NCBI RefSeq assembly: GCF_964204645.1
Contig: NC_134035.1
Span: 5,332,001-5,396,000 of the forward strand
Origin: Tubulanus polymorphus
Taxonomy: Eukaryota; Animalia; Nemertea
Reading direction: 5' to 3'
DNA: 64,000 bases
Shown: positions 62,101 to 64,000 of the stretch, in pieces
How positions within the stretch are numbered: position 1 is the stretch's first letter
Layout of the letters: every line of letters starts with the position of its first letter
Made by a program: the position numbers and the translations under genes
Notes under the pieces: model-generated
Database searches by the model: none
What the model was told of the DNA's origin: nothing
What the model saw: only the letters and a program-made list of their open reading frames with translations

Positions 62101-63610
62101 AGAAAAAAAACTCTTAATTCTAAACGTGGTAACAGTGAATGAATGAGGGTGGATATGTAAGGAAGGCTTAATATGAATAGAGATTTCAGTGAATATTCGA
62201 CGCAGATGAAATAATATGAACAAGCAAAAACAAATGATAAAACAAAACAGTTCACCATTATTTTCATAACGTTCATCATCGGCCGGTTGAAACAAGTCGT
62301 AACCATCTTCACCTAACACTTCATAGATAAATAGAGTTAGACACACCGGGGTTAGCAAGCTATTATTATCTAACACCTCAGACGCCTATTCATCGTGAAT
62401 TAGTTAAGTATGTAGGCGTAAGGTATATCGAGTCTATACCCGTAATTAGTTGTGTAGACCCAGTTCCCGAGGCTACTATAAGGCCTATACGGGCTAACGT
62501 GCTAAATATGTCATATTTAAAAGAAAACGCAAAACTGGTTAAAACTAAATTATATACCACATAAACGAATGGAGTTCATTTCACAATTAAAGCTCACATT
62601 TATAGCTCAAACAATTACGCATGTTAATACGACCACATTGAGAGGCAATCGCTCACTCTTAATCGATCGTTAAAACTAATTGTTATAAGGATCTCTTAGG
62701 AATGAATCTGCAGCCTGGACCCGGTACCTCATCTGAATATCTATACTCGCCTTACTTAACTATACAATGGTACAATGGTGAATGTCTGAAAGGGTGTAGT
62801 GGTTCCAGGCTGGAGGTTTATACCCGCATGAATTCTTACATTAAACATAAGTAACGAAGAAAGTTGTGTATTTCTTTAAGTTTATTACCTGCAGCGGTAG
62901 GGGGCAGGTCAGTATATTTGCCTTCGACGAGTGACAGTTTCGAGTCGTAAAATTGCCGTAGTTTTGACATGTCCTCTTGAAGTTTAGCCTTCGATACTTT
63001 CTCTTCTTCGTATTTGCCTTGCATCGACGCCAATTGTAATTCATATTCCTTCATTATCAAAATTCAGAAATGAATTCATGTTCAATAAGACATTTGCAAT
63101 TGCTAGTTTAGAATTTTCTAATTATGAGCTTAGATTTCATGCGTTTGAGGCAAAAGTGTCAAGAACGAATGCTTAACTCAACTAGTTAATATATAACCAG
63201 CAAAGATTGAAAACCGATTGTACCTTTCTGATTCGTAATTTCTCTGCTTCGATCTCAGCGCTGTGGTCGACAACGACGACTTTTTCGATGACCTCAGGTG
63301 CAGGCACAGGTGCGGGTGGTGGTGGCGCTGGAGCAGCAGCTGCGGGAACTGTTGAGAAAATTAGAACCGAGGAGTGAACTGACATACCAGTAGCTGGCTG
63401 TTTTAATGCCATGATTAAATACTACAAGATAATCTAAACATAATAAAAACTAACGTACCTCCGGTAAGACCGCCTTGAGGTAAAGGTATCTGACCCATCA
63501 ACATCGCTTTCAACTTCTGAATCTCCTCTTGATACTCGCGCAAAAGCGCGTCTTTTGGGTCTTCATTTATCTTCGGCTTGTTCTTGATATTCTTGGCGCG
63601 GTTCGCGTAT
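56167..63610 (-). CDS. KIF17: Homodimeric kinesin-2 KIF17/OSM-3, 3' portion (motor exons lie beyond the window); exons 63610-63459, 63348-63224, 63048-62889, 62312-62256, 61549-61445, 61334-61294, 60798-60617, 58757-58642, 58423-58317, 58168-57910, 57347-57265, 56947-56857, 56459-56167
   Basis: Neck [33 protein letters not shown]17-type blocks [10 protein letters not shown]...[46 protein letters not shown]...[27 protein letters not shown] and a basic tail. Phases are consistent. Confidence 0.93.
57107..57244. mobile_element. MITE family A, copy 5
   Basis: CTGCAGTTGCTCAAAAGTTGGTTAGAG...TTTAACCAACTTTT...GCAGCTGCAG. Confidence 0.8.
59639..59760. mobile_element. MITE family A, copy 6
   Basis: TGCAGTTGCTCAAAAGTTGGTTAAAGATAACC...TTTGAGCAACTGCA. 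Confidence 0.8.
61881..62037. mobile_element. Small TIR element in a KIF17 intron
   Basis: TTCAGTGGCGTTGGAA / TTCCAACGCGCCTGAA imperfect inverted ends. Confidence 0.5.
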
Positions 63611-64000
63611 CTAACATCGCGAAAAAGCAAATATTACAAAATCATTCAACGTAAGTACAGTAGACTGAATGCTGATTGCCTTTGACTATCATCATGTGCC
63701 CCGGACAAAATAAAAGACTTTTTTATACGGCATTTTATGTTATGATGTCCCTAGAATTTCTGCCCTTGGATTAGCAAATGATTCAACATGCAGCACACTG
63801 CTACAGGGCCCAATGCCTTCATGAAAATCTCCAAGAGGAGGCATTCTACCCAAAACTTCAGTTTAACTTATTTTAGTTACGAATCACTCATAGAGATTTT
63901 GCATAAACTCAAATGTAGAAGCAACCGACCTCAGCGTACTGAGAGTTTCATCGTAATTATTATCAGCCGGTGACAGACAGGCGACCATCAGAGTTTTAGT

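Noticed and set aside
18038-63610. PIFO and KIF17 as a ciliary gene cluster
   Set aside because: They are ~37 kb apart with four unrelated genes between them; compatible with chance.

Overview
Eukaryotic, intron-rich invertebrate-type genomic DNA. It looks lophotrochozoan-like, but the species cannot be fixed from sequence alone. Bases 1-~14,950 are a 101-bp tandem satellite (~147 monomers, three monomer subtypes, multimer duplications), open at the left edge. A short repeat zone follows (28-bp minisatellite, 5'-truncated LINE, MITE). Six spliced protein-coding genes were then reconstructed by hand from GT-AG boundaries and phase continuity: PIFO/CIMAP3 (+, 191 aa); a DUSP3/VHR-like phosphatase (-, 192 aa); a ZC3H11A orthologue (-, ~1318 aa); an unnamed ~2261-aa protein (+) built from 7 pipsqueak-type and 9 CENP-B/Tc5-type helix-turn-helix modules with no transposase catalytic domain; a secreted proteinase-K-like S8 subtilase in 14 small exons (-, 396 aa; largely invisible in the ORF track); and the 3' part of KIF17/OSM-3 (-, open at the right edge). 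Introns carry many short MITE-like elements. The strongest novelty candidate is the multi-HTH gene, apparently domesticated from a pogo-like transposon and lying head-to-head with ZC3H11A. Next come the possibly operon-like ZC3H11A-DUSP junction, the micro-exon subtilase and two unexplained structured-RNA-like segments. All family assignments rest on motif recall, not database searches.
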